From positions 1 through 64,000 of the forward strand of contig VJWM01000289.1 in NCBI GenBank assembly GCA_010909165.1: a stretch of 64,000 bases of DNA, read 5' to 3'. Shown one piece after another: positions 22,706 through 36,200 of this stretch. A program made the translations under genes and the position numbers. The notes beneath the pieces are model-generated. The model was not told the origin of the DNA. It saw only the letters and a list, made by a program, of their open reading frames with translations, and did not search any database. How positions within the stretch are numbered: the first letter of the stretch is position 1; the number at the start of each line of letters is the position of its first letter. The stretch comes from Anthoceros angustus (taxonomy: Eukaryota; Plantae; Anthocerotophyta).

Positions 22706-24209
22706 TTCAGAATTCAACCGATCCTACGCGCGCAAGGCGCACCCGATTTTTGTCTCGGGAGAGCAGCAATCGCCGCAGCCACAACCTGCGGACATGCAGA
22801 GAACAGAGGCGAAAGCTCTCCGAACGGCCGACACGCAGCCGACACAAGGAGAGGCTACCAGCTGGAAACACGGCTTCCATCCCCACGAACCTTAGAAAAT
22901 GCGGCCTTGTGGGGAAAGCCCTATATATAGCCTAACTCTTCCCCCCTCCGTCGCTGACGGCGCCTCCACTCTCCTCCGCAGAACCTAACTTTCAAAAATA
23001 CCAAATACACTCAGACCGGGCCTACACCTACAGCGCCCATTACGAGATATCCCTATCAGAATTTGTTTTCATTATTTTAACTTAAAAAATAGAATCATTA
23101 AAAGTTTTGAATCCTAAATTTTTTATTTTGTGAAAATTAAAAAAATAGATGGGATTTAATCTCATGTCTCACTTAAAATGGTCACTGATACTTTTTTGCT
23201 CATGTAGTTGCTTTGATATGAGGAGTAGGTAATTACATGTTTTCTAAGAGATGACATCTTCGAAGGCTCTAAAGTGTTTGGAGGTCGTTGTATCAAATAC
23301 ATCTTTACCCTCTACTAGTGGCATTGCCTCTGATGTAGTAACTTCTATTGGAGCATTTTCCTCAACCTCCTCATCAACAAGGTAAGGATTTATTGTTGTC
23401 ATGCTAGGGAGTCACCACGGCATCAGTTACTATGTAGACACATATGATGATAGAATATTGTGTTAAAATCACATTAGCATAGCTTCATTAGTTGACCAGG
23501 TTAATCAAGCTTATGCCTAGCTCGTGACTAGGTTAATCAAGCTTATGGCTTCAAGTGCACCGCCACACAGGAGTGGGGGTGGTGGGTAGGGGGGTTGGGG
23601 GTAGGGGAGTACCTCGGTATGGCTTGAGAAGAGCGGAAAACATCATGGATGTAGGAAGCAATAATTCAAGTTTGTAGGCTGCAAAGTTGATGACGGCAGA
23701 AATGCTAAAAGGCCCCACCCATCAACATGATAACTTGGCAACTCCTTGCACGAGGGGGGATTTAGGGCGGAGAGAAGGACCCTATCGCCAACTTGGAAAG
23801 TTTGCGGCCGGTGTCTAGAATCGTGAACTTGCTTCTGACAATTTCGAGCCGAGAGCATAGACTATTTGGCTTTCCTATGCACTTCCATTCTCTTCGTGAT
23901 AAAGTCTGATGTTGTAGGGGCTTGCAATGTAGTGGGATAGTATATACCACACATTCCGATAAGCGGAAGTTAACTCATAAAACAGATGACTCATAGCAAT
24001 GCTGGTAAGGTGACCAAGATTGATGATGTGACTAAATAAGGTGAAGGTGAAAAAGAGGAAGACTAGTAGTAATTCAATGTTTTCTTTATGAATTCAACAT
24101 TTCCCTTAGAATTTTGAGAGTTGATATCAAATTTTGAACAGTTTTAAGATCAGTTTAACCAGGGAAGTATAATTTTGAGTTTTTTTAAATTATTGATTTA
24201 TTTTCTTAA

Positions 24210-24246
24210 AAGGGTTCATTCCACCCTTTTAGTGGAATGAACCCTT
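24210..24246. other. Perfect 15-bp inverted repeat (7-nt loop)
   Basis: aagggttcattccac-cctttta-gtggaatgaaccctt; third arm ggtggaatgaacctt near 24276. Confidence 0.9.
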
Positions 24247-25576
24247 CTGAAAACTCCAAGAGAAATGCTAAAAAGGTGGAATGAACCTTATGACTACCAT
24301 CGTTTGGCGCAACTCTGCAATGTTTGTGCCACATATACAGAATGGGACATGCGCAGAGTGACAAAGCACCTATGCTCGGCTCTCACCAAAAGGAGCCCAA
24401 TATGGTGTGAGTTTGGGAGGTCTCATCAGTGCCGATCCTCGTAGGAGCAACCTCCATTTTAAAACGATGCACCTTGTGTCCATCTCTCACTACAATTTTA
24501 ATGTGTGAATATGCTGAGATTTTGAACTCAAATTCATGTGTATTTGACTTCTAAAATTTGGGACTCTTATTAAAATTATGCATAAATACAAGAGCATATC
24601 ACTATTTTTCGTCTAATCTGTATGTCGATAAGGGATGTTATCTAATATGTAAACTTTTCACTTAATTTTCTAACTTGAAATGTTCAATTTCACACCATGC
24701 GTGTTTGGTGAAAGGCTTATATGTCTTTCTTTCACATTTATGCAGCACTATGCTTAGATATGCTTTTTATTGGCGAACATGCTATTATTGGAAATGTTCT
24801 TTGCTTGTTACTTCTGTTGTTATTTAGGCAGAACGGCACCCGAGTGTGTAATATCTACCGGTGAGGATCAGGGTGTAAAACATTCTTGCATTGCTCATCT
24901 TGCTAGTATTATTAATATCATTAATCTAACAATTAGGATTAGGGCACGCTTTAGCTAAACCTTGATCCAAATAGCCACGTAACGAACGGTTACGAACACA
25001 CGCCGTTTTGCGCATCGTTTTACACACACTAAATGCATACCTGCCTGTACATACATTTTGAATTTTAATATAACGCAAAGTTCTGGGTGCATGCAACTTC
25101 CAACACCTACTTCGTTGCATAGGGTTAATAGCATATCCACTAAAGTTAATATTGCTAATTTTTCATGTTTGTTGTATCTCCAAAATTTGAGTTCTAATGA
25201 TTCATCATTATCATACAGAGGATCATGTACGCGATCCTCTGCATCACATGGCATTCTAATCAAGTTCACATATTCACACAATTGAATATATTTTGCTCGC
25301 ATTTCTGCATCCAAATTAGTATTCCATATCTCATTCATGTTTAATATATTTGTACGTCTAAAATCTAGAAATTTAATTTATAATTCCTTCATGCTTTCCT
25401 TTGATATTTCCGATTCTCTGCATTTCCTCTCTTACCATGTCTCACATAAGCTTTAAAGCAAAATATTTTTCCATTTTTCCATCCAACCATAGTTGAATAT
25501 TATGGATGACTTTTCATTATGTAGATGTTTTGAGTAGAATCTATGTGGCATCTCACAATTTAAAGAAATCGTCCGA

Positions 25577-25805
25577 AAGTGTAGCATCCGTACCTTGAAT
25601 TGTAAGCGCCCAAGTGTACAATACTTCATTAGCTTGTGGCATAAAACGTTCTTATCTCGCTTCACTTTCATAATGTTAATTGCTTGAGAAAATGTAGCAT
25701 TCGTACCTTGAATTGTAAGCGCCCAAGTGTACAATACTTCATTAGCTTGCGGCATAAAACTTTCTTATCTCGCTTCACTTTCATGATGTTAACTGCTTGA
25801 GAAAA
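25577..25805. repeat. ~113-bp tandem repeat x2
   Basis: gtagcatycgtaccttgaattgtaagcgcccaagtgtacaatacttcattagcttg... twice. Confidence 0.85.
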
Positions 25806-26124
25806 TGAGACTCGATTGACCTCAGATTCATTAGCAGACAAAGGATGAACACTGCTTATCATACATGTGGCCCGAACCACCTTGAACATAAAAACTGCGC
25901 TTCTCGACTGATTTGATGCAATAAAACCATGTCATCGAGCCTAGTATAATAAACATAGATTAAATATATATGTATTAATGTATAATTGAGGGAAAAAAAC
26001 GATGGGGAAAAACCTATCCAACACGGGACAATGAGGGTGGACCTAGGGGTCAAGGTCAAAAAGAGCGACTAAGCCCTTACCTAAAGTTACCTACTGCTCC
26101 TAGAACATCATGTGCAGGAAGAAC

Positions 26125-26358
26125 AAATGGCCTGCAAATGACGGAGGAAGAGGAAGAAGCGTCAAATGGCCTGCAAATGACGGAGGAAGAGGAAGAGGTG
26201 TCAAATGGCCTGCAAATGACGGAGGAAGAGGAAGAAGCGTCAAATGGCCTGCAAATGACGGAGGAAGAGGAAGAGGTGTCAAATGGCCTGCAAATGACGG
26301 AGGAAAAGGAAGAAGCGTGAAATGGCCTGCACACGACGCAGGAAGAGGAAGAAGCGTC
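26125..26358. repeat. 39-bp minisatellite x6
   Basis: aaatggcctgcaaatgacggaggaagaggaagaagcgtc at exact 39-bp spacing from 26125. Confidence 0.92.
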
Positions 26359-26545
26359 ACTTGCCATCGCCGCCTTGTGAATAAATACATTGCCATCCCT
26401 TAGGTTGTCCCTGGGCGGTAATATATTTATTCTATCTAAAATTTTAATTAATTTTATGAATTCAAAAGTATTCAATTTTCATATAAATTGTCATACAGAT
26501 CTGAAGTTTTTCACGTAATTAAAAGAACAAATACTTAGAGGATGA

Positions 26546-26582
26546 AAGTTTCTTCTTGGAACCATGTTCCAAGAAGAAACTT
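26546..26582. other. Perfect 17-bp inverted repeat (3-nt loop)
   Basis: aagtttcttcttggaac-cat-gttccaagaagaaactt. Confidence 0.9.
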
Positions 26583-27230
26583 ACAATTAGATAACTGGTT
26601 TAGAATTAACTGTTGGACTTCAATTGAGACGTACTTGTAATAAATTTATGTAATTGAGAAAGAAAGTAAAAATAGATCCATGTGTCATAAACTGTTACAC
26701 CTCATGACCGTACTTGATTCCTACCAAGAATAGCCTAAGATTTAAAGAATTATCAACAGGCTAAAGAAAGAATACTTATAGGAATTAACCAGCCTCCCCT
26801 CGTTGGGAACTAGGTACACTCCATATCCGAGCCAAGTCCGGCAAAAATTGATCATTGGATGGAGGGTTGGCTTAAGAGCATTTCAAATAGCCAGATTCAC
26901 TAAAACAAAGCTTGCTGTCGCGCGACAGAGAAGGTCATGTGAACAAAAAAAAGCTCGCTACATTGCGGCACATAGAAGGTCATATAGTGGAAAACAACTG
27001 CTCTGGGCTTTGGTGCGGCCAAAGAGGGACGGAAGGCCCCGTGTCCGTAACCATCGGGCAACTGTCAAGCTCAAATTTTCTCAACCCTAGCCACGGGGTT
27101 CTCATTCAGGAGGAGACGGTGAGCCATACATGTGCATATGCATACGTACGTGATGATCAGCCATAAAAATGTATCAACATTTCCTCTAAGACTGGTGTGC
27201 ATTCACCATGTATGCAGTTCTCACTCAGTC

Positions 27231-29333
27231 TCAAGGTCGACCTTCACAGCTGCAAGAGCCAGCAGCGAATCGATGTACACGGTACCCATCCCTTACAACA
27301 ATGTCTCTCCCTTCAACCCTTGACATAATCTCCGTGGAACTGTGGCAGTCACTGCACATGCGTAGGTTCTTCGTTACCACCAGAGGTGTGCCACTGGGAG
27401 TGTTCAAGAGACCAAACGCAAGAGCTAGCTTTTCAGCATGCCCGCAAAGAGCATCTTCCTTTTCCTTCTCAGAGAGTGGCTTCAAAATCAACTTTGTGTG
27501 CGGTATGTGGCCCCCGTCCTGCTTCATACGTGCATTTGTGCTCTCTACTTGAAGAGCAAGATCGTCTCTTCGTTCTCCCACCACAAATGTATGTACGTGC
27601 TTGTTCACCTCAATGCCCGCCACGGCAGGTTTCTTGTTAGCTCCTACCAACAGTCTCTGTGTTTCAATCCTATCTACGTCAGTCCACCTACCTGCATCTG
27701 CATACGCATTGGCCATGAGAACGTATGAGGATGCACTCTGAGGTTCCAGTCTAACGAGATTTTCAAAACATCGCGTCGCTCTACCAATATCCCCCTGATT
27801 TTTGCAGGCATTTAGCAAAGACTTCAATCCCACAACATTGCTTTGGCTCTCACATGATTGTAGCATGTTCTCTGCCTCATCTAAATGGCCTGCACGCCCA
27901 AGAAGATCAACCATGCAATTGTAGTGCTCCACAGTAGGTTTGATGCCATGCTGTTCAAACATGGAATCAAAGTACTTGCGACCCTCATCCACCAGTCCTC
28001 CATGACTGCATGCTACTAAAAGGCAAGTGAAGGTGGCATTATCAGGCTGAATACGGGCAACTAGCATGTCCTCAAAACAAGCTAGCGCATCGTGAGCCTC
28101 ATCACAAATACCACACCCACCTATCAGGGCATTCCACGTCACCACATCCTTTGTGGCCAAGCTGTGAAAAACCCGGCATGCATCTTCCACTGCGCCACAC
28201 TTTGCATACATGTCCACCAGGGCGTTGCCCACCAGTACGTTATCTACCTGTCCTCTTGCCACAATTTGCGAGTGCAGCTGCCTGCCCTTCTGTAATGCAC
28301 CAGCGCCTGCACAAGCATTCAGAAGGCAAGCAAAAGTAACATGGTCACCCACAATCAGACCCTCCTGATCCAGTTCTCCATACAGAACAAGTGCCTCATC
28401 ACCAAGACCTTGCTGTGCATACCCAGCAATCAGGGCTGTCCATGTGACCACATTTTTTATCGACAAGCTGTCAAAAACCCTGCGAGCATCCTCCAGTTCA
28501 CCACATTTTGCATACATGTCTACTACGCAAGTGCCCACAATTATGTTATCTAGCTGTCCTCTTTCCACAATCTGTGAGTGCAGCCGCCTGCCCTGCTGTA
28601 AGGCACCAGCGCTTGCACACGCCTTCAGAAGGCAAGCAAAAGTGACCTCGTCAGCCAGAATCAGGCCCTCATGCTCCATTTGTCCATAAATGTCAAGCGC
28701 CTCCTGCCCGAGGCCTTGTTGTGCATACCCCGCAATCAGGGTATTCCATGTAACCACATCCTTCGAGGCCAAGCTGTCAAAAACATGGTGTGCATCTTCC
28801 AGTTCGCCACATTTTACATACATGTCCACCAGGCAGTTGCCTACGAGTACGTTATCTACCTGTCCCCTTTTCACAATCTGTGAGTGCAGCTGCCTGCCCT
28901 TGAGTAAGGCACCAGCGCTTGCACATGCCTTCAGAAGGCAAGCAAAAGTAACTTGGTCAGCCACAATCAGGCCGGGCTCCTCCATTTGTCCATGCAGAAT
29001 AAGCGCCTCCTGGCCCAAACCATGTTTTGCATACCCAGCTATCAGCGCCGTCCATGTTACAACATCCTTAGTGCCCAAGCTGTCAAAAACCCTGCGTGCA
29101 TCTTCCAGTTCGCCACATTTTGCATACATATCCACCAGGCAGTTGCCAACAAACAAGCTAGGAGGCATGTCGCTGTTCCACACATCACGGTGCACTTTTC
29201 TGCCCGATTCCAAGTCCGCAGCAAATGCACAAGCTTGAAGGGTTGCGACAAAGACGTGAGCATCTGCCTTCACACCTGAGCTACGCATCTCTTGGTACAG
29301 TTGTATAGCCTGTAGGTTTCCCATGTTTAGCAT
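27231..29333 (-). CDS. PPR-E body: PLS + E1/E2 + DYW:KP (GRP); its own N-terminus lies at 39526-40349
   Basis: 700-aa ORF ending CSCEGRP; sequence switches to PPR-D-like 5' sequence at about 29311. Confidence 0.92.
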   Translation of the reverse strand: MLNMGNLQAIQLYQEMRSSGVKADAHVFVATLQACAFAADLESGRKVHRDVWNSDMPPSLFVGNCLVDMYAKCGELEDARRVFDSLGTKDVVTWTALIAGYAKHGLGQEALILHGQMEEPGLIVADQVTFACLLKACASAGALLKGRQLHSQIVKRGQVDNVLVGNCLVDMYVKCGELEDAHHVFDSLASKDVVTWNTLIAGYAQQGLGQEALDIYGQMEHEGLILADEVTFACLLKACASAGALQQGRRLHSQIVERGQLDNIIVGTCVVDMYAKCGELEDARRVFDSLSIKNVVTWTALIAGYAQQGLGDEALVLYGELDQEGLIVGDHVTFACLLNACAGAGALQKGRQLHSQIVARGQVDNVLVGNALVDMYAKCGAVEDACRVFHSLATKDVVTWNALIGGCGICDEAHDALACFEDMLVARIQPDNATFTCLLVACSHGGLVDEGRKYFDSMFEQHGIKPTVEHYNCMVDLLGRAGHLDEAENMLQSCESQSNVVGLKSLLNACKNQGDIGRATRCFENLVRLEPQSASSYVLMANAYADAGRWTDVDRIETQRLLVGANKKPAVAGIEVNKHVHTFVVGERRDDLALQVESTNARMKQDGGHIPHTKLILKPLSEKEKEDALCGHAEKLALAFGLLNTPSGTPLVVTKNLRMCSDCHSSTEIMSRVEGRDIVVRDGYRVHRFAAGSCSCEGRP

Positions 29334-30113
29334 GGGCGGAGATTATAAAACCACATGAAGGCATCTGGTTTGCCACCCTGGTGAACACATCCATGGCCTC
29401 CTGTAGCCTACCTCCATGCATACATGCGCAATAAATGGTTCCCACATATGCATTTGACTCGTACCCAAGTTTGACAGTGAGATCATGAACCTTCGCCCAC
29501 AGCCACATCCTTCTTAGCTGCACACAGTTTCAGCAGCATAAAAAAGAGAGTTTGAAATAGGACAGTTCGTCTGTGCCAGAGTCCAGGGCGGCCTCAGCTG
29601 CCCTGCTGACATAATTGCTCACGGTTACTGCCGTTACGATTCCCAATTCCGGTTCTGCACTCCTGGGAAGCTCAGCATCATCCAGAGAATTGGACCTGGA
29701 AGGAGAGTCACCATGACCCAGCTGCATATCCAAAGAAACGAGATGCTCATCCACCCAAGGTGGCTTGAACACGCTGTTTAACCAGAGAACCTCGTCGGAC
29801 CCCTTACGCCGGAAGTCAGGCGAACGAGAGCTCTTCTTACTTCGCCTGTTATCCCACCACATGCCAGGGTGCAGAAAGTTGTCGCCACAAGAGCTCCTGC
29901 TCCTGCTCCTGCTCCTGGCGACCACCATCGCTGGAAAATCGTCCCCAGCTATCCAAAGTGGGTTGCTTACTATACTGCAACCACAGGATTGTGTGTTTGC
30001 CAGCGGTTGACTCCCTAAGGTGAGCTTCGCTGGAGCTCCTGGTAGAATCTCTGTGCACATCCACCAAGTTGTTGGGTCCACAACGGACCTGGAAGCCATA
30101 GTGTGGCCATCAT
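29311..30113 (-). pseudogene. Frameshifted copy of the PPR-D 5' end joined to the PPR-E body
   Basis: Collinear with 18706-19547 with small deletions. Confidence 0.85.
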
Positions 30114-31301
30114 CCTGGCTCCGCTCTCGAAGATGAGACGCACAACAAACTATTCTGGCCCTGCAGGAGGCCACGGTGCTGTGCATGACCCCCACAACGT
30201 TTCTGTGACGTGGAACAGAAGCGTTTCCAGGGTCTGCAAACGGGAGACGTTTCTAACATATCTCACTACATATTACCCTGGAAGCGTTTCTCACATCACA
30301 TACCTTATCTGATGAAGTGTCTCAGATAAGAGTACGAAGTGTCTCAGATAGAATCATCAGGCTCGCTTTTAAATGACAGCGTATTGAACTACTCCATCAT
30401 GGACTGGAAGGAGGCGGCTCCGGCTCCACCAACCAATATGTTCCTTCGCTTATTATCCTCATTGTTCACAACTCTGTATAGATACCAAAAATTGTTGGGA
30501 GGAAGACAATACCTTTGATTCAGGTGTCGGGTTCCAAAATAAAGCTCTGCAGTGGCCTCCTAACATCATGCCCAGCAGATTTCTCGAGAGACGGATCTAG
30601 CAAGCCTTGAGTTTCAGATTATAAGCCCTACTTTCATTAGAGGTCCACGGATGAGGAGTTTGGACTTTAAAGCAGGTTGGAAATGGTATGACAATTTTGA
30701 GGATTGTCTCATCTCCATGTCACCCAAGTGCAATGTGGGATGCCCGTGCCTGTTGGTCATTTCGTGTACGAAGATGCTTCACAACATGGGAGGTGCCTCC
30801 CTCGGGAGGGTTGACGACCCTGAATAGCAAATGCTTCTGTTCAAGAACAACCAACCTGGCTTCTCTTGCTGGGCAAAAGACAAACACCAACTCCAATAAA
30901 CGATTGTCAGCTCAGTATCTACCACTTGAAAAAATACCAGTAGAAACTGCCGGCTTGAGTACCTAGGTATCTTAAGTTTAACTTCATCGAGCCCTCACTC
31001 TTGCGGCGATTCAGGTTGACAGGCCGGTGTGTAGGTGGATGGATCATTTTCATGTACTTGATCACAGCAAGGGGAAATAGAGGTACAGAGCTTTTCCAGG
31101 GAAGTCTTCTCCGTCAGTTGTACAGGACGTGAATCATGTATGTACACAAATGTACCACAGGATGGCTTGGGCTTTGAAACTCTTGGAGTGGAGCGAAAGC
31201 TAACATTACCAAAACTGCTCCTTATCTACCTCGTGCGCCCACATCCAGTATCGGAGACTGCAGGCACTACCGGAGAAAAGACATCAATACCAGGGGGGCG
31301 C

Positions 31302-33208
31302 TCATCTCTGACCTTTGGGAGCCCACACGGTCTTGGCCGTTATGATCACTGAACCGTCATCCTTCCTAAGCGTATGCCACAATCGTGAACTCCCATCCGG
31401 GCTAATGGTTGCCGTCCGAGATGCTGGTTGCGCGGAGGACCCGATTGCACCTCTACTCGCCAACGAGGTGTCCTCTGGACTAGTGAGGGAAACCACTATG
31501 TCTTGCTGATGACATTCCCGTCGATACTCCATTGTAATACTTCTTCGGACGCGTCTAACACCTCAGATGGTACGCTCTGCATTAAATTTCGCGATTCTTG
31601 AGAAAAAACCTTCGAGCTTGTGTGCAAAGCACAAAACAGGGAGCAAGGTGGTGGAAACGAACCTCGAGTATCCAGGGAATATACTTGACATTGTTTACAT
31701 GTCGGTTCAAATCAGATCATTTCGGTGAGGCTGCACGTTTCGTAGAGTGTGGTTCAGAAACACATCAGCCCGAAATCAGCACACAAATCCGGAGGAGTCC
31801 TCTTAGCCTTCGCCAATAGTAGATAGGATGAACACGAACATCTCACCTTCAGGCCGGGTTGCACGTAGGTTGCCGAATCATCCAGCTCCCGGATCTTTTG
31901 AAAACTTCAGTTGAGATGGCATGCTTGTCGTGGAAAAAGGAGTGACTTCCTCTCTCACACTGGGCATTTTGCCATTCTCCGGGTCTGCATGTTCATGAGC
32001 ACCCACTGACTGCCAAAACCGTGGTCCAGACAAGCATTCCAAGTAAAGGTCAAGGGCCATTCTGTGAACACAAAAGCCATCTACCGAGAAAACCGCTGTT
32101 ACCTAGTTCCTCGGCAATAACTCGTCGTGTATCAAGGTCACGAGCAATCCAGTCCCTTCGCATGCCATTTGATGCCTGACCGTGTGAAGCTACCCATGAG
32201 TCTATCTCGATCATACTGCCCCTGTTAAATCACACTCAAATTCAGAAAAGCGAGACGATAACGATCGGGCAAGGGACTCCAACAAAGTTTGTCAGCGATG
32301 CTCCAACTTGAAAGCCCCAGCTGCGGCAGGGAACATTGGCAATCACAAGAATGTGGGACGACAAAGCTGCGGAGAGAATCTTTACCACGCAGGATATTGG
32401 TCAACTTCTACATGCATGCGCCTCACCACCCAAATCAATCCACACTCAAACATAGCCTTCGTTGATCCAAAACCCCTCAATTCCTGAGTATAGGACATGA
32501 TTCAGCGCAACCTCCTGTCAAGGACCCAACACAAGCAGGGTTAGACGACTTGGTGGAATCAGAATCTGAAGATACCAGGACCAGAAATTACGGTTGGGAA
32601 CTGTCACCTGGAAAAGATTTGTCACACCGTTTCAATGGACGCGGCTTTGTCGGCCCCAACTTCAGAGTAACGAATCACAAATGCCTGTCTGTAAATTTCC
32701 TTATTCTGTATGAGGCAACCCTTCCTGAGCGCTTCTAATGGCCTAATCCCCGTCACGTTTGGCTCCAGAATGAAACTGGAGAGCGCTATCCTCAGCGCGC
32801 TTAGCACATCAGCGGAGGCAGCCTGACAACTTCGCTCGGAGGAGCAATGTCAGGAGCTAACACCTTGAGCTTCCGGCAGCTTACTGACGACATTGCTCCT
32901 GGTAAATCTCTTCAACATCTTTCCAAAGCCTGCTCCAAGTAGCGGAAGATGTCGCCAATCCCCAAACACTTTCGATCCACCTGTTCCCCAAACTCCAAGA
33001 CCTGCGCGGACGTCCGATTTTCCGATGACAGGCCACTTCATCTTTAAGTCATGGAACGAGGAAAAAGCAGCTGCACTGTGAAGACTGTGGCAAACTGTGC
33101 TCCTATCACAATCCGGAGCTGTCCTGAGAATGGCCTCTGTCCTAGCAGGAGGGTCCCCAGCGCAGGCGATTGGAGAGCTCCCATCAGGCTGGCCGAAGGA
33201 ATATTCAT
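31302..33208 (-). pseudogene. Frameshifted duplicate of the acyl-ACP thioesterase gene
   Basis: Same exons as 20754-22705 with many small deletions (e.g. cttcttagttcgg versus cttcttcgg). Confidence 0.85.
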
Positions 33209-36200
33209 TTCAGAATTCCACCGATCCTACGCGCGCAAGGCGCACCCGATTTTGTCTCGGGAGCAGCAATCGCCGCAGCCACAACCTGCGGACATGCAGA
33301 GAACAGAGGCGAAAGCTCTCCGAACGGCCGACACGCAGCCGACACAAGGAGAGGCTACCAGCTGGAAACACGGCTTCCATCCCCACGAACCTTAGAAAAT
33401 GCGGCCTTGTGGGAAAGCCCTATATATAGCCTAACTCTTCCCCTCCGTCGCTGACATTTCCACTCTCCTCCGCAGAACCTAACTTTCAAAATACCAAATA
33501 CACTCAGACCCACCTACAGCGCCCATTACGAGATATCCCTATCAGAATTTGTTTTCATTATTTTAACTTAAAAAATAGAATCATTAAAAGTTTTGAATCC
33601 TAAATTTTTTATTTTGTGAAAATTAAAAAAATAGATGGGATTTAATCTCATGTCTCACTTAAAATGGTCACTGATACTTTTTTGCTCATGTAGTTGCTTT
33701 GATATGAGGAGTAGGTAATTACATGTTTTCTAAGAGATGACATCTTCGAAGGCTCTAAAGTGTTTGGAGGTCGTTGTATCAAATACATCTTTACCTCTAC
33801 TAGTGGCATTGCCTCGATGTAGTAACTTCTATTGGAGCATTTTCCTCAACCTCCTCATCAACAAGGTAAGTTTATTGTTGTCATGCTAGGGGTCCTGCAG
33901 CATCGATTACTATGTAGACACATATGATGATAGAATATTGTGTTAAAATCACATTAGCATAGCTTCATTAGTTGACCAGGTTAATCAAGCTTATGCCTAG
34001 CTCGTGACTAGGTTAATCAAACATATGGCTCATACTGCGTCAGCGAGGGGTGGGGGCAGGTGGGCGGGTTGGTGTGGGCGTAGGGGAGTACCTCGGTATG
34101 GCTTGAGAAGAGCGGTGTGAAAACATCATGGATGTAGGAAGCAATAATTCAAGTTTGTAGGCAGTTGATGGCCGGGAAATGCTAAAGGCCCCACCCATCA
34201 ACATGATAACTTGGCAACTCCTTGCACGGATTAGGGCGGGAGAAGGACCCCATCGCCAACTTGGAAAGTTTGCGGCAGTGTCTAGAATCGTGAACTTGCT
34301 TGACAATTTCGGTGAGCATAGACTATTTGGCTTTCCTATGCACTTCCATTCTCTTAAGTGATAAAGTCCGATGTTGTAGGGGCTTGCAATGTAGTGGGAT
34401 AGTAGCATTCAGATAAGCGGAAGTTAACTCATAAAAGGATGACTCATAGCAATCGGTAAGGTGACCAAGATTGATGATGTGACTAAATAAGGTGAAGGTG
34501 AAAAGGAAGACTAGTAGTAATTCAATGTTTTCTTTATGAATTCAACATTTCCTTAGAATTTTGAGAGTTGATATCAAATTTTGAAACTTTTAATCAGTTT
34601 AACCAGAAGTATAATTTTGAGTTTTTAAATTATTGATTTATTTTCTTAAAAGGGTTCATTCCACCCTTTTAGTGGAATGAACCCTTCTCAAGAGAAATGC
34701 TAAAAGGTGGAATGAACCTTATGACTACCATCGTTTGGCGCAACTCTACAATGTTTGTGCCACATATACAGAATGGGACATGCGCAGAGTGACAAAGCAC
34801 CTATGCGGCTCTCACCAAAAGGAGCCCAATATGGTGTGAGTTTGGGAGGTCTCATCGTTGCGATCCTCGTGGAGCAACCTCCATTTTAAAAAGCACCTTG
34901 TGTCCATCTCTCACAATTTTAATGTGTGAATATGCTGAGATTTTGAACTCAAATTCATGTGTATTTGACTTCTAAAATTTGGGACTCTTATTAAAATTAT
35001 GCATAAATACAAGAGCATATCACTATTTTTCGTCTAATGTCGATAAGGGATGTTATCTAATATGTAAACTTTTCACTTAATTTTCTAACTTGTTCAATTT
35101 CACACCATGCGTGTTTGGTGAAAAACTTATATGTCTTTCTTTCACATTTATGCAGCACTATGCTTAGATATGCTTTTATTGGCGAACATGCTATTATTGG
35201 AAATGTTCTTTGCTTGTTATACATTGTTATTTAGTGAACGGCACGAGTGTGTAATATCTACGGTGAGGATCGGTGTAAAACATTCTTGCATTGCTCATCT
35301 TGCTAGTATTATTAATATCATTAATCTAACAATTAGGATTAGGGCACGCTTTAGCTAAACCTTGATCCAAATAGCATGTGACTTCGAACACCACCGTTCT
35401 TTGATCGTTTACACACACTAAATGCATACCCACTGTACATACATTTTGAATTTTAATATAACGCAAAGTTCGGGTGCATGCAACTTCCAACACCTACTTC
35501 GTTGCATAGGGTTAATAGCATATCCACTAAAGTTATTTTAATTTTCATGTTTGTTGTATCTCAAAATTTGAGTTCTAATGATTCATCATTATCATCTGAG
35601 GATCATGTACGCGATCCTGCATCACATGGCATTCTAATCAAGTTCACATATTCACACAATTGAATATATTTTGCTCGCATTTGCATCCAAATTAGTATTC
35701 CATATCTCATTCATGTTTAATATATTTATGCGTCTAAAATCTAGAAATTTAATTTATAATTCCTTCATGCTTTCCTTTGATATTTCCGATTCTCTGCATT
35801 TCCTCTCTTACCATGTCTCATAAGCTTTAAAGCAAAATATTTTTCCATTTTCCATCCAACCATAGTTGAATATTATGGATGACTTTTCATTATGTAGATG
35901 TTTTGAGTAGAATCTATGTGGCATCTCACAATTTAAAGAAATCGTCCAAAGTGTAGCATCCGTACCTTGAATTGTAAGCCAAGTGTACAATACTTCATTA
36001 GCTTGTGGCATAAAAGCGTTCTTATCTCGCTTCACTTTCATAATGTTAATTGCTTGAGAAAATGTAGCATTGTACCTTGAATTGTAAGCGCCCAAGTGTA
36101 CAATACTTCATTAGCTTACTGACATAAACTTTCTTATCTCGCTTCACTTTCATGATGTTAAGCCTTGAGAAAATGAGACTCGATTGACCTCAGTTCATTG

